From an uncultured Gemmatimonadales bacterium (GTDB taxonomy: Bacteria; Gemmatimonadota; Gemmatimonadetes; Gemmatimonadales; GWC2-71-9): a stretch of DNA of 64,000 bases. Made by a program: the position numbers and the translations under genes. The notes below the pieces were generated by a model, which made no database searches, had not been told where the DNA came from, and saw only the letters and a list, made by a program, of their open reading frames with translations. The DNA lies in the NCBI GenBank assembly GCA_963810185.1, contig CAWEMJ010000005.1, positions 7,931 to 71,930 on the forward strand. Reading direction: 5' to 3'. Positions 8,811 through 16,494 of the stretch are shown here, in pieces. Within the stretch, counting starts at the first letter, position 1. Each line of letters begins with the position of its first letter.

Positions 8811-9677
8811 TCAGGAAGTTGAAGGGACCGCGATCCACTCCTGGACCAGTACCCGGTTCTTGCCGGAGCGCTTCACCTGGTACATCAGTTCGTCCGCCGC
8901 GCGAATGGCGTCGTCGGGAGTGATCGGGGGAGGGTGGAAGACCCCCACGCCGATGCTGATGCCGAGCGGCCAGGCGTGCCTGGCGGCGAGCGCGTTCAGG
9001 GCGTCGTGCAGACGACCGAAAAAGGTCTGCGGTCCATCCGGAGTGGTCTCCACCAGCAGGACCCCGAATTCGTCGCCCCCGAGCCGCCCGGCGAAGTCCG
9101 TGCCGCGGAGCAGCTTGGTAATGGCGGCGGCCACCTCCCGCAGCACCTGGTCGCCCACGGCGTGCCCAGACTGATCGTTGATCCCCTTGAACCCGTCCAG
9201 GTCGATGTACCCGAGCGCCAGCGTCCGGTGGTGCCGGGCGGCCAGCGCAAAGGCCGGGGCACAGCGCTCCCGGAAGGTACGGTCGTTGAGGAGGCCGGTC
9301 AGTCCGTCCCGCTGGGCCTGGGACGCCAGGGCATCGAGCGCGCGGTGGAGGTTGTCGAGCAGGACGGTGATGATGAGGAAGAACCCCAGGAAGACACCGG
9401 CGTTCCAGAAGGAGCTCGTGGTGCCGAAAGACCGATGGCCACCCGTGGCGTCGACCCAGTACAGGATGAGTGCCGAGAGGATGGAGAAGAGCAGCCCGAA
9501 GCGCCTGCCCAAATACCAGGCGCTCAATCCAACGGGGATCGCGTAGAAGATCGAGAAGGAGAGCGCGTCGCCGGTCGCGAAGTCGATCGTACCGACGACG
9601 CCAAGGAGAACGAGGGAGTAGATCCCGAGCTGTAAGTGGGATCGAGCCGAGAGGTTCGTGTCCAGTGCAGCGAGCAT
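8811..9677 (-). CDS. Membrane-anchored diguanylate cyclase (GGDEF)
   Basis: 288 aa. N-terminal TM helices, then DGLTGLLNDRTF...YIDLDGFKGINDQSGHAVGD...RLGGDEFGVLL. Confidence 0.9.
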   Translation of the reverse strand: MLAALDTNLSARSHLQLGIYSLVLLGVVGTIDFATGDALSFSIFYAIPVGLSAWYLGRRFGLLFSILSALILYWVDATGGHRSFGTTSSFWNAGVFLGFFLIITVLLDNLHRALDALASQAQRDGLTGLLNDRTFRERCAPAFALAARHHRTLALGYIDLDGFKGINDQSGHAVGDQVLREVAAAITKLLRGTDFAGRLGGDEFGVLLVETTPDGPQTFFGRLHDALNALAARHAWPLGISIGVGVFHPPPITPDDAIRAADELMYQVKRSGKNRVLVQEWIAVPSTS

Positions 9678-9787
9678 GAGGCTCCCGGGTCACGGCGCCT
9701 GGCGGAGGATCGAGATGATGTTCGCCGCCTGCGTACGTTACTAAGGCGCGCCCGCAATGCAAGCGGGTACGCCGCTTCTTCCCCGCT

Positions 9788-9824
9788 TCCCCGCCTCCTG
9801 TGGAGACGGGGACAGGGGGTGAGG
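9788..9824 (+). repeat. Family A repeat, copy 5 (degenerate stem)
   Basis: CCCCGCCTCCTGTGGAGACGGGGACAGGGGGTGAGG in the divergent region between the GGDEF and nuclease genes. Confidence 0.75.
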
Positions 9825-9877
9825 TGAACTCCGCGGGGCAGGGGCGACGAGACTGGACAGTGGGTTATCATACGTGC

Positions 9878-10627
9878 ATGCGTCACCCCCTCCGCATCGC
9901 CGTGCTCGCGCTGATGACGTCGTTTTCCGCCGGCACTGCCGCCGCACAGCAACCCGCGCCGGCACCGAAGCCGGTCTGGGTCAACCTCAAGTCCGGCGTG
10001 TACCACTGCCCCGGCACCGAGCACTACGGGACCACCAGCGACGGAGAATATCTCCCCGAAGCCACCGCCATCGGCCGGGGCTATTCCCCGAATGGCGGCC
10101 GCCGCTGCAGCGAGGATGCGCCTTCCCGGTTGACGGACGCTCCAGGTGCCGCGCGCCCGGTCCCCACGCTCCTTCCCGATTCCGGTCCTCCGATGCCGAG
10201 CGGCGGCTTGACCGACTGCGTGGTCCTGGTGCTCAAGGACGGCGACACCATCGAGTGCAAGGCCCAGGGCGCCGTGCGGCTCATCGGCATCGACACCCCC
10301 GAGCGCGACCAGGTGCCCTTCGGCACGGCCGCCACGGCGGGGATGGCCGCCCTCCTCCCGGCCGGCGCCACCGTTCAGCTCAGTCCCGACAAGACCCAGC
10401 GCGACCGCTACGGCCGGCTCCTGGCCTATGCCTGGTACGAGGGCGCGTCGGTCAACTGGCTCATGATCCGCCAGGGATGGGCCGTGAGCCTGCGCTACCC
10501 GCCCGACACCCGCTACGCGGACTGGTTCGACAAGGCGGAGGCACGCGCCCACGCGGAACAGCGCGGCCTCTGGCGGGTCGATGGGTTCTCCTGCCGGCCG
10601 AACAAGCACCGCGCGAAACAGTGCTAG
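9878..10627 (+). CDS. Secreted thermonuclease (SNase)-like nuclease
   Basis: ATG at 9878, signal peptide MRHPLRIAVLALMTSFSAGTAAAQ. SNase-like core: DGDTIECK...VRLIGIDTPE...DRYGRLLAYAWYEG..VNWLMIRQGWA...AEARAHAEQRGLW. Confidence 0.8.
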   Translation: MRHPLRIAVLALMTSFSAGTAAAQQPAPAPKPVWVNLKSGVYHCPGTEHYGTTSDGEYLPEATAIGRGYSPNGGRRCSEDAPSRLTDAPGAARPVPTLLPDSGPPMPSGGLTDCVVLVLKDGDTIECKAQGAVRLIGIDTPERDQVPFGTAATAGMAALLPAGATVQLSPDKTQRDRYGRLLAYAWYEGASVNWLMIRQGWAVSLRYPPDTRYADWFDKAEARAHAEQRGLWRVDGFSCRPNKHRAKQC

Positions 10628-10630
10628 GTC

Positions 10631-10674
10631 GTCCCCCTCTCCACAGGGTGGAGAGGGGGACAGGGGGTGAGGAC
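10631..10674 (+). repeat. Family A repeat, copy 6, G-rich tail to 10698
   Basis: GTCCCCCTCTCCACAGGGTGGAGAGGGGGACAGGGGGTGAGGAC, 4 nt after the nuclease stop. Confidence 0.9.
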
Positions 10675-10733
10675 AGGGGGCCGCAGGGCAGGGGGAAGTG
10701 ATCTTGCAGCAGCAATCCAACCGGGATTCCACC

Positions 10734-11513
10734 ATGCATCCACACCACGCGTCGTACGCAGCCCTGCTTCTTCTCGTCGGCACCGCCGCCTGTGGCCTCC
10801 AGATGAACCCCGGTGGCACGCCTCCCAGCGCCTACGCGCTCAACTATCCCGACACCTCCCACGTGAGCTCGGGACGCGTGGTGCGGTTCGCCGGCAACTA
10901 CGGGTTGCTCGGACCCAGCCCCGCCTTCGTCTTCCGCGACGTGAACGGACAGGTCACCGGCCAGATGCTGGTCTGGTACCGCCGCTACGAGGCGATCGAG
11001 GCGGGCGGACGCTCCGCATCCGACAGCGCCGCGCAGTGGAGCAGGATGCAGTCGGCCATGAGCGCCGACCGGGCTCGGTTCGACAGCACCTACGGCTGTA
11101 CCGCGTGGGCCAAGGGCTACCAGGAGGGGAAGGCGTGGGTCTGCCGGGTACCGGAGCAATATGGCCATCCCGATTGGGCCGCCGAGCTGGCGCGCCTCGA
11201 TTCGCTGGGCCTGGCGCGGCGCTCCGCCGAGCCGCCCGGCGGCCGGCGCCCTGACCCCATCGCGCCGCCTCCGCCCCCGCCGCCCGCCAATCCCGGCGTG
11301 GCGCAGCTCCGTCCCCGCACCGGCGTCTGCATGGACGGCGGGTCGTGGAACATCGTGACCCGCGACGCCCGCGGCACCAGCACGGTCACCTCCCCGCAGC
11401 CCGGTGCGGGGTGCAACCAGCCTGACGGGCCCGCCAAGACCTATGACCAGGCCGGCTGGCAGATGCTGAAGGAATTCATCGCGGCTATCCTGACGCCGAA
11501 GCCGGCCACGTGA
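10734..11513 (+). CDS. Hypothetical lipoprotein
   Basis: ATG at 10734: MHPHHASYAALLLLVGTAAC (lipobox). Pro-rich segment APPPPPPPANPG. No family recognised. Confidence 0.6.
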   Translation: MHPHHASYAALLLLVGTAACGLQMNPGGTPPSAYALNYPDTSHVSSGRVVRFAGNYGLLGPSPAFVFRDVNGQVTGQMLVWYRRYEAIEAGGRSASDSAAQWSRMQSAMSADRARFDSTYGCTAWAKGYQEGKAWVCRVPEQYGHPDWAAELARLDSLGLARRSAEPPGGRRPDPIAPPPPPPPANPGVAQLRPRTGVCMDGGSWNIVTRDARGTSTVTSPQPGAGCNQPDGPAKTYDQAGWQMLKEFIAAILTPKPAT

Positions 11514-11532
11514 ACACCCACACTGCACCTGC

Positions 11533-11577
11533 GTCCCCCCTCTCCACATGGTGGAGAGGGGGACAGGGGGTGAGGAC
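11533..11577 (+). repeat. Family A repeat, copy 7
   Basis: GTCCCCCCTCTCCACATGGTGGAGAGGGGGACAGGGGGTGAGGAC. Confidence 0.9.
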
Positions 11578-11785
11578 GCTCGCCGCCGGGGTGGCGCTCG
11601 CCACGATCTGTGCGGGATGCTCCTCGACCGCGAAGACCAGCACCGGGCGCACCGAGCGGGAAACCGACAGCGTCATCGGACAGTCGTCGGTTCCGGGCGC
11701 CGGCGGCGTCACGAAGGCCATGGCCGCGCAAGACACCGCCCGGGCGCAGGCCGCCGCGATCGACACCGCCGCCGCGGCGGAGTAG
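11570..11785 (+). CDS. Possible small lipoprotein whose GTG start lies inside the repeat box
   Basis: GTG of GGGGTGAGG at 11570 gives VRTLAAGVALATICAGCSS (lipobox). The longer ORF from 11510 reads through the repeat. Confidence 0.35.
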   Translation: MRTLAAGVALATICAGCSSTAKTSTGRTERETDSVIGQSSVPGAGGVTKAMAAQDTARAQAAAIDTAAAAE

Positions 11786-11801
11786 GGGCCTCCCTCCGTT
11801 T

Positions 11802-11826
11802 GTCACCCCGGCGTAAGCCGGGGTCC
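11802..11826 (+). repeat. Family B short hairpin repeat (variant)
   Basis: GTCACCCCGGCGTAAGCCGGGGTCC. Confidence 0.6.
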
Positions 11827-11944
11827 AAGTGGTCCACCTCATGGATCCCTGCGACCCTGCCCCGGCGACAGTCGTGGGCCGGGATGACAGGTTCCTGGCA
11901 ATTCGTGCGCAATGGAGAGCATCCCCTTGCCCTGAGGTGCCCAC

Positions 11945-12481
11945 ATGCGTCGAACAGCCCTCTTCTTGCTCTCCCTCCTGCCCATCACCGCCACCGGATG
12001 CCGAGCCCAGCAACAGACCCCTGAGCAGGCCGGCACCGCGTTGCTCTTCGCCACGGACCAGGGCGGCCTGACCGTCGCCGAGAGGAAGGCAATCTTCGAA
12101 TCGCTGGGGCTGGTGGTGGATTCGGCGGGGACCGGCTTCCTCGATACTTCCTGCGGCCAGCCCGCCAGCGCCGCCGTCACCTTTTCCGACCTGAACGGCG
12201 ACGGAATCAAGGAAGTCCTCGTGATCTACGGAAACAGCTGCACCTCCGGCATGGCCGGCAGTTCGGTCGTGCTCTTCATCAAGGATTCGGCTGGCGGATA
12301 CAGCACGAACCTCGGCTTTCCTGGCGCCTCCGCCGACCCGCAATCCACTTCCAACCTGGGCTATCCCGACCTGCTCATCGGGCTTCCTGGATTCTGCTTT
12401 CCGGTGTGGCGCTGGAATGGCACGGCGTACGACTACCTGAAGAGTGTGCCGCAGAGTCCGGGGGGCTGTGACAATCGGTAG
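11945..12481 (+). CDS. Hypothetical lipoprotein with one DLNGDG (FG-GAP/VCBS-like) motif
   Basis: MRRTALFLLSLLPITATGC lipobox; FSDLNGDGIKEVLVIYG. Confidence 0.6.
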   Translation: MRRTALFLLSLLPITATGCRAQQQTPEQAGTALLFATDQGGLTVAERKAIFESLGLVVDSAGTGFLDTSCGQPASAAVTFSDLNGDGIKEVLVIYGNSCTSGMAGSSVVLFIKDSAGGYSTNLGFPGASADPQSTSNLGYPDLLIGLPGFCFPVWRWNGTAYDYLKSVPQSPGGCDNR

Positions 12482-12631
12482 TTTGGTTGCGGCCTCCTTG
12501 GGTTGGTCCTCTGGGCCTGGAGTTCGCGCCCCCTCCGCGCCGCGGTCGCTACGGGGGACGCGAACTGACGGCCCTCCGGACCAATCCCTTCGTCGGCCGA
12601 GAACAGAAATTGGCAGACCTGGATGCTGTGG

Positions 12632-12720
12632 GAGGAAGGGGATCGTCGGTGCAGGAAGTTCGCAGGGGGGTGGGGTGGCGTGGTTAGAGAACTTCCGGAG
12701 CCGACGATCCCAACGACCAC
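12632..12720 (+). repeat. Family D ~90-bp repeat, copy 1
   Basis: About 85% identical to 34192-34280. Arms GATCGTCGGTGCAGGAAGTTC / GAACTTCCGGAGCCGACGATC form a long hairpin. Confidence 0.85.
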
Positions 12721-12765
12721 AGCGTTTGAGGAGCCGGCTGGTCGATGGGCGCGGAACCAGGACCG

Positions 12766-15408
12766 TCACTTCGCGGTATCGGCCAGTTCCTGTTTGTACA
12801 CCGAGGCTCTCTCTGGCTGCCCCAATGTGTCATAGATCGCCGCCAGGTCGATCCGGGCCGCCCGCAGGAACCCGTTACCCGGCGTCGCCTGCGGCTTGAT
12901 GACCTCGTAGCCTGCAAGTGTCTCGGGCGCGGCTTCCGCGAACCGCCGCTGGCGAAGCAGGGTCCTCCCGAGCTTGATGTGCGCGATGGCGGTCGTGGTG
13001 TGTTCCGGCGGCAGCGTCGCGTCGTACATCGCGATCGCCTCGCGGAAGAGCGGTTCCGCCTTGGCGTATTGCTTGGCCCCGTTGTAGGCGCTGGCCAGGT
13101 TGGAGAGCGCCACCCCGATCAGGTAGTGCTTGCCGCCGTAGGCCACGCGGTAGATCTCTACTATCCGCGTGAAGTGCCCCACCGCCTCGTCGTACCGGTC
13201 CTCGGCGATGGCGATGTTGCCGAGCTCGTTGACGGTGCTCGCCACCATCGGGTGCATCGGGCCGTACACCCGCTCCCGGATGCCCAGCGCCTCCAGGAGC
13301 ATCGCCCGGGCCTCGTCGATCTGCTTTTCGTAGATCAGCGCGCGCGCCAGGAGCGTGAGGCTGGCCGCAGTCTTCGGATGGTTGGGCCCGTACCAGGCCC
13401 GGGTGATGTCGAGCGCCTGCCGGTCGTAGGTTTCCGCGGCGGCGTAGTCGCCGCGCTCCAGTTGCGTGGCGCCCAGGTTGATGAGATCCTCCGCCACCAT
13501 GGGGTGCCGCTCGCCGTAGAGCCGGCGGCTCATGCCGAGCACCTGGGTGTTGAGCGAGTCTGAGGTGTCGTAGTGCCCGGCGTAGAAGTGGGTGCTGGCC
13601 AGCGCGCTCATGCTCCCGGCCAGGTCGGGGCTCTCCCCGCCCGCGCGGTACATCGTCACCAGCTCCTGCTGCACCGTGATCGCCTCGTCGTAGGCGCCGC
13701 GCGACTGCAGCACCTGCCCCAGCGCGGCCATGGCGCGGCGCACCGCGGGGTGATCATTCCCGACCGCGCGGCGCTCGATGGCCAGCGCCGAGCGAATCAG
13801 GCGCTCCCCCTCTTCGTAGCGCGCCTGTTCGACGCGCAATTCCCCCAGCGCCACCAGCCCCTCGGCCACGTCGGGGTGTGAACTCCCGAGGAGCGTCTGG
13901 CGCTTGTCGAGTGCCAGGCTCAGCAGGGAATCGGCACGTTCGAGGTTGCCGAGCTGCTGGGAGATGGTGCCAAGCGTCTGGTAGAGTTCCGCCTGCACCA
14001 GGGGCTCGCCGTCGAGGTCACGGGCCTCGGTGATGCCGCGCTCCACGAGGGTCACCACCCGGAGGCTGTCTGCTGGCCCGACTGCTTCATCTCCTCCCTG
14101 GAACAGCTGGACCATGTAGCGCTGGATCCGCTCGGTGCGCGCCGCCTCGGCGACCGCCTGATTGCGGGCCCGCGTTAGCCGCACGGTGTAGAACACCACG
14201 GTGCCCACCAGCACCGCGAACACCAGTGCCGCCGCGGCCACCGGCCCCCGGTTCCGCCGCGCGAACTTGCCGAGCCGGTAGCGGACGGTGTCGGGCCGGG
14301 CCTCGAGCGGTTCGCCCGCCAGGTAGTGGTCCACGTCGCGGATCAGCGCCTCGACCGTCTGGTAGCGGCGCCCGGTCTCCTTGTGCATCGCCGTCAGGCA
14401 GAGCACGTCGAGGTCGGCCCAGGAGGCGTGGCCCGCCAGGCGGGGCCGGGGTCCGGCGCCGTCGACCGTCCGCCGCGCCAGTTGCGAGGGCCGGGCCGGC
14501 TCCTGCTCCACCACAATGGACATCGCCTCGGCGGGAGTCTTGCCCCCCAGGTCGAACGGCGGCCGCCCGGCTAGGAGTTCGTACAGGATGACGCCCAGCG
14601 AGTAGACGTCGGTGTGGATGCCGACCCGCTCGCCGCGGATCTGTTCCGGCGCGGCGTAGGCCGGCGTCATGAGGCGCAGCCCGGTGCGGGTCTGGTCCAC
14701 CGTCCCCTCGACATCCTCCAGGTGCTTGGCGATGCCGAAGTCGAGCAGCTTCACGGCGCCCTCGGCGGTCACCAGGATGTTGGAGGGCTTGAGGTCGCGG
14801 TGGATGACGGCGTGCCCATGCGCGTGCTGCACCGCCTCGCACACCGCGCGGAAGAGCTCGAGCCGGCCCTCGATGCTGGTGCCGTGCTCCCGGCAGTAGT
14901 CGGTGAGGGGCACGCCCTCCACGTACTCCATGACGAACCAGGGCGTGCCGTCGGGGAGCGAGTCGGCGTCGTGCAACTGCGCGATGGAGGGGTGGTGCAG
15001 CTGGGCCAGGGTGCGTTGTTCGGCGGCGAAGCGTTCGCGACGGGCGGGGGAGAGCCAGGCGTCGCGCAGGAGCTTGATGGCGGCCACGCTGCCCAGGTCG
15101 GCGCGGCGGGCCAGGTAGACCACGCCCATGCCGCCTTCGCCCAGGAGCTTGGTGATGCGGTAGGGGCCGAAGTCGGTGGTGGGGAGTTCCGCGGTGTCCA
15201 CCCGGAGCACCTGCTCCGCCACCTCGGCGAGGCCCCGGTCGAGCGGGGTGGCCACGCCGGCGTCGGCCGCCAGCATCCGGAGCACCTCGCCCACCAAGGC
15301 AGGGTCGTCGGCCGCGCTCGCATCGAGGAAGGCGCGCCGCGCCTCCGCCGGCCGCTCGAGCGCCTCGTGGAACAGGCGCTGGATCCGTTCCCAGCGGGCG
15401 GCGTCCAT
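12766..15408 (-). CDS. Ser/Thr protein kinase with N-terminal extension, TM segment and long TPR array (880 aa)
   Basis: ATG at 15408: MDAARWERIQRLFHEALE.... GEGGMGVVYLA, AIKLL, HRDLKPSN, DFGIAK. C-terminal TPR repeats (YEEGERLIRSALAI, YDEAITVQQELV, ...). The start lies 3 nt after the ECF sigma stop. Confidence 0.9.
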   Translation of the reverse strand: MDAARWERIQRLFHEALERPAEARRAFLDASAADDPALVGEVLRMLAADAGVATPLDRGLAEVAEQVLRVDTAELPTTDFGPYRITKLLGEGGMGVVYLARRADLGSVAAIKLLRDAWLSPARRERFAAEQRTLAQLHHPSIAQLHDADSLPDGTPWFVMEYVEGVPLTDYCREHGTSIEGRLELFRAVCEAVQHAHGHAVIHRDLKPSNILVTAEGAVKLLDFGIAKHLEDVEGTVDQTRTGLRLMTPAYAAPEQIRGERVGIHTDVYSLGVILYELLAGRPPFDLGGKTPAEAMSIVVEQEPARPSQLARRTVDGAGPRPRLAGHASWADLDVLCLTAMHKETGRRYQTVEALIRDVDHYLAGEPLEARPDTVRYRLGKFARRNRGPVAAAALVFAVLVGTVVFYTVRLTRARNQAVAEAARTERIQRYMVQLFQGGDEAVGPADSLRVVTLVERGITEARDLDGEPLVQAELYQTLGTISQQLGNLERADSLLSLALDKRQTLLGSSHPDVAEGLVALGELRVEQARYEEGERLIRSALAIERRAVGNDHPAVRRAMAALGQVLQSRGAYDEAITVQQELVTMYRAGGESPDLAGSMSALASTHFYAGHYDTSDSLNTQVLGMSRRLYGERHPMVAEDLINLGATQLERGDYAAAETYDRQALDITRAWYGPNHPKTAASLTLLARALIYEKQIDEARAMLLEALGIRERVYGPMHPMVASTVNELGNIAIAEDRYDEAVGHFTRIVEIYRVAYGGKHYLIGVALSNLASAYNGAKQYAKAEPLFREAIAMYDATLPPEHTTTAIAHIKLGRTLLRQRRFAEAAPETLAGYEVIKPQATPGNGFLRAARIDLAAIYDTLGQPERASVYKQELADTAK

Positions 15409-15410
15409 GG

Positions 15411-15944
15411 TCAGCTGGCCCTGCCGAGCTCCTGGGCCAGCCAGGCCCTGGCGGCGCGCCAGTCGCGCAGCACGGTGGCCTCGGACACCGCCAGCAGGGC
15501 GGCGGTGTCCTTCACGTCGAGCCCGCCGAAGAAGCGGCACTCCACCATCATCGCCTGCCGCGGGCTGAGCCTGGCCAGCTCCTGGAGTGCGGCGTCGAGG
15601 GCGAGGAGGTCATCGGCGCCGGCCGGCGGCGCCGCCAAGGACTCATCGAACGTGACCCAGGCCTTGCCGTCGCCCCGCTTCTGGGCGTTCCGTCGGCGGG
15701 CCGCCTCGATCAGCACCTGGCGCATGGCCCGGGCGGCGATCCGGGTGAAGTGGAGGCGCGAGGTGACCCCCGCCGGCGGCGAGTCGGCGAGCTTGATCCA
15801 GGCTTCGTTGACCAGGGCGGTGGGGCTGAGGGTCACGGCCGAGTCGCCGCGGCTGACGCTCGCGGCCAGCCGGCGGAGTTCCTCGTAGGTGACACTGAAC
15901 AACTCGTCCAGGTCGAGCACCGCGGGGGTGCCTGGATGGGACAT
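15411..15944 (-). CDS. ECF-type sigma-70 factor (the subgroup typically paired with a Ser/Thr kinase)
   Basis: ATG at 15944: LDELFSVTYEELRRLAASVSRG...LSPTALVNEAWIKL...LSPRQAMMVECRFFGGLDVKDTAALLAVSEATVLRDWRAARAWL. Confidence 0.85.
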   Translation of the reverse strand: MSHPGTPAVLDLDELFSVTYEELRRLAASVSRGDSAVTLSPTALVNEAWIKLADSPPAGVTSRLHFTRIAARAMRQVLIEAARRRNAQKRGDGKAWVTFDESLAAPPAGADDLLALDAALQELARLSPRQAMMVECRFFGGLDVKDTAALLAVSEATVLRDWRAARAWLAQELGRAS

Positions 15945-16057
15945 GACGGTTTTGCCTGCCGGTCTGCGCAAGGGGGAAGGAACGCCGGACCCGGCCAATG
16001 CTACGGCCGGGGTCGGGATTGTCAAATGTCACTCTTCCTTTCCCCGCGAGGTGTCCC

Positions 16058-16393
16058 ATGGCGCTCGAACGCAGCCCCTTCCTCAAGCTCGACAAGTCGA
16101 TGGTCATCGGCGAACTGAAGTCGGCCGGCTCCAAGGACCCCGACATCCTCCACACCAAGCTGGTGCACATCCGCACCATGGCGGCGTTCCCCAAGAACGT
16201 CGGCCTCTACATCATGGTCATGGGGGGAATGTGCACCGCGCTGATTCTTCTCGCGTTCATCGGTATCCCGCTGCTGGGCCTGGGCTGGTGGATGCGGCGG
16301 CGCGGCGTGGCGAATCTGAAGGTGGTGGAGGAGGCGTGGAACGACTTCAACGGGACGCCGGCGCGGGTGGTCGGGGCGGTGCACGCGGCGTAG
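16058..16393 (+). CDS. Hypothetical small membrane protein
   Basis: ATG at 16058; hydrophobic helices GLYIMVMGGMCTALILLAFIGIPLLGLGWW. Confidence 0.5.
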   Translation: MALERSPFLKLDKSMVIGELKSAGSKDPDILHTKLVHIRTMAAFPKNVGLYIMVMGGMCTALILLAFIGIPLLGLGWWMRRRGVANLKVVEEAWNDFNGTPARVVGAVHAA

Positions 16394-16399
16394 CCGCGT

Positions 16400-16448
16400 G
16401 GGGCGGGGCAGCGGGGCAGTGACTGCCCCCCTGCCCAGCAGCCCCGCC
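16400..16448 (+). terminator. Imperfect GC hairpin built from GGGGCAGC units
   Basis: GGGGCGGGGCAGCGGGGCAG-TGAC-TGCCCCCCTGCCCAGCAGCCCCGCC directly after the 16393 stop. No U-tract. Confidence 0.35.
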
Positions 16449-16494
16449 ATACCCTACCTTAAAAGGGAGCTTCCCCCTTCAAAGGCAGGCCTCC

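Noticed and set aside
8080-9762. 560-aa minus-strand ORF spanning the TA module, the repeats and the GGDEF gene.
   Set aside because: It reads through two family A repeats and a family C repeat (..PLSTMWRGG.. artefact peptides) and overlaps better-supported genes in other frames.
8811-10627. The divergent GGDEF cyclase plus nuclease pair as a cyclic-nucleotide-activated defence module.
   Set aside because: The nuclease has a clear signal peptide (secreted SNase type) and no nucleotide-sensing domain. The cyclase is a standard membrane GGDEF protein.
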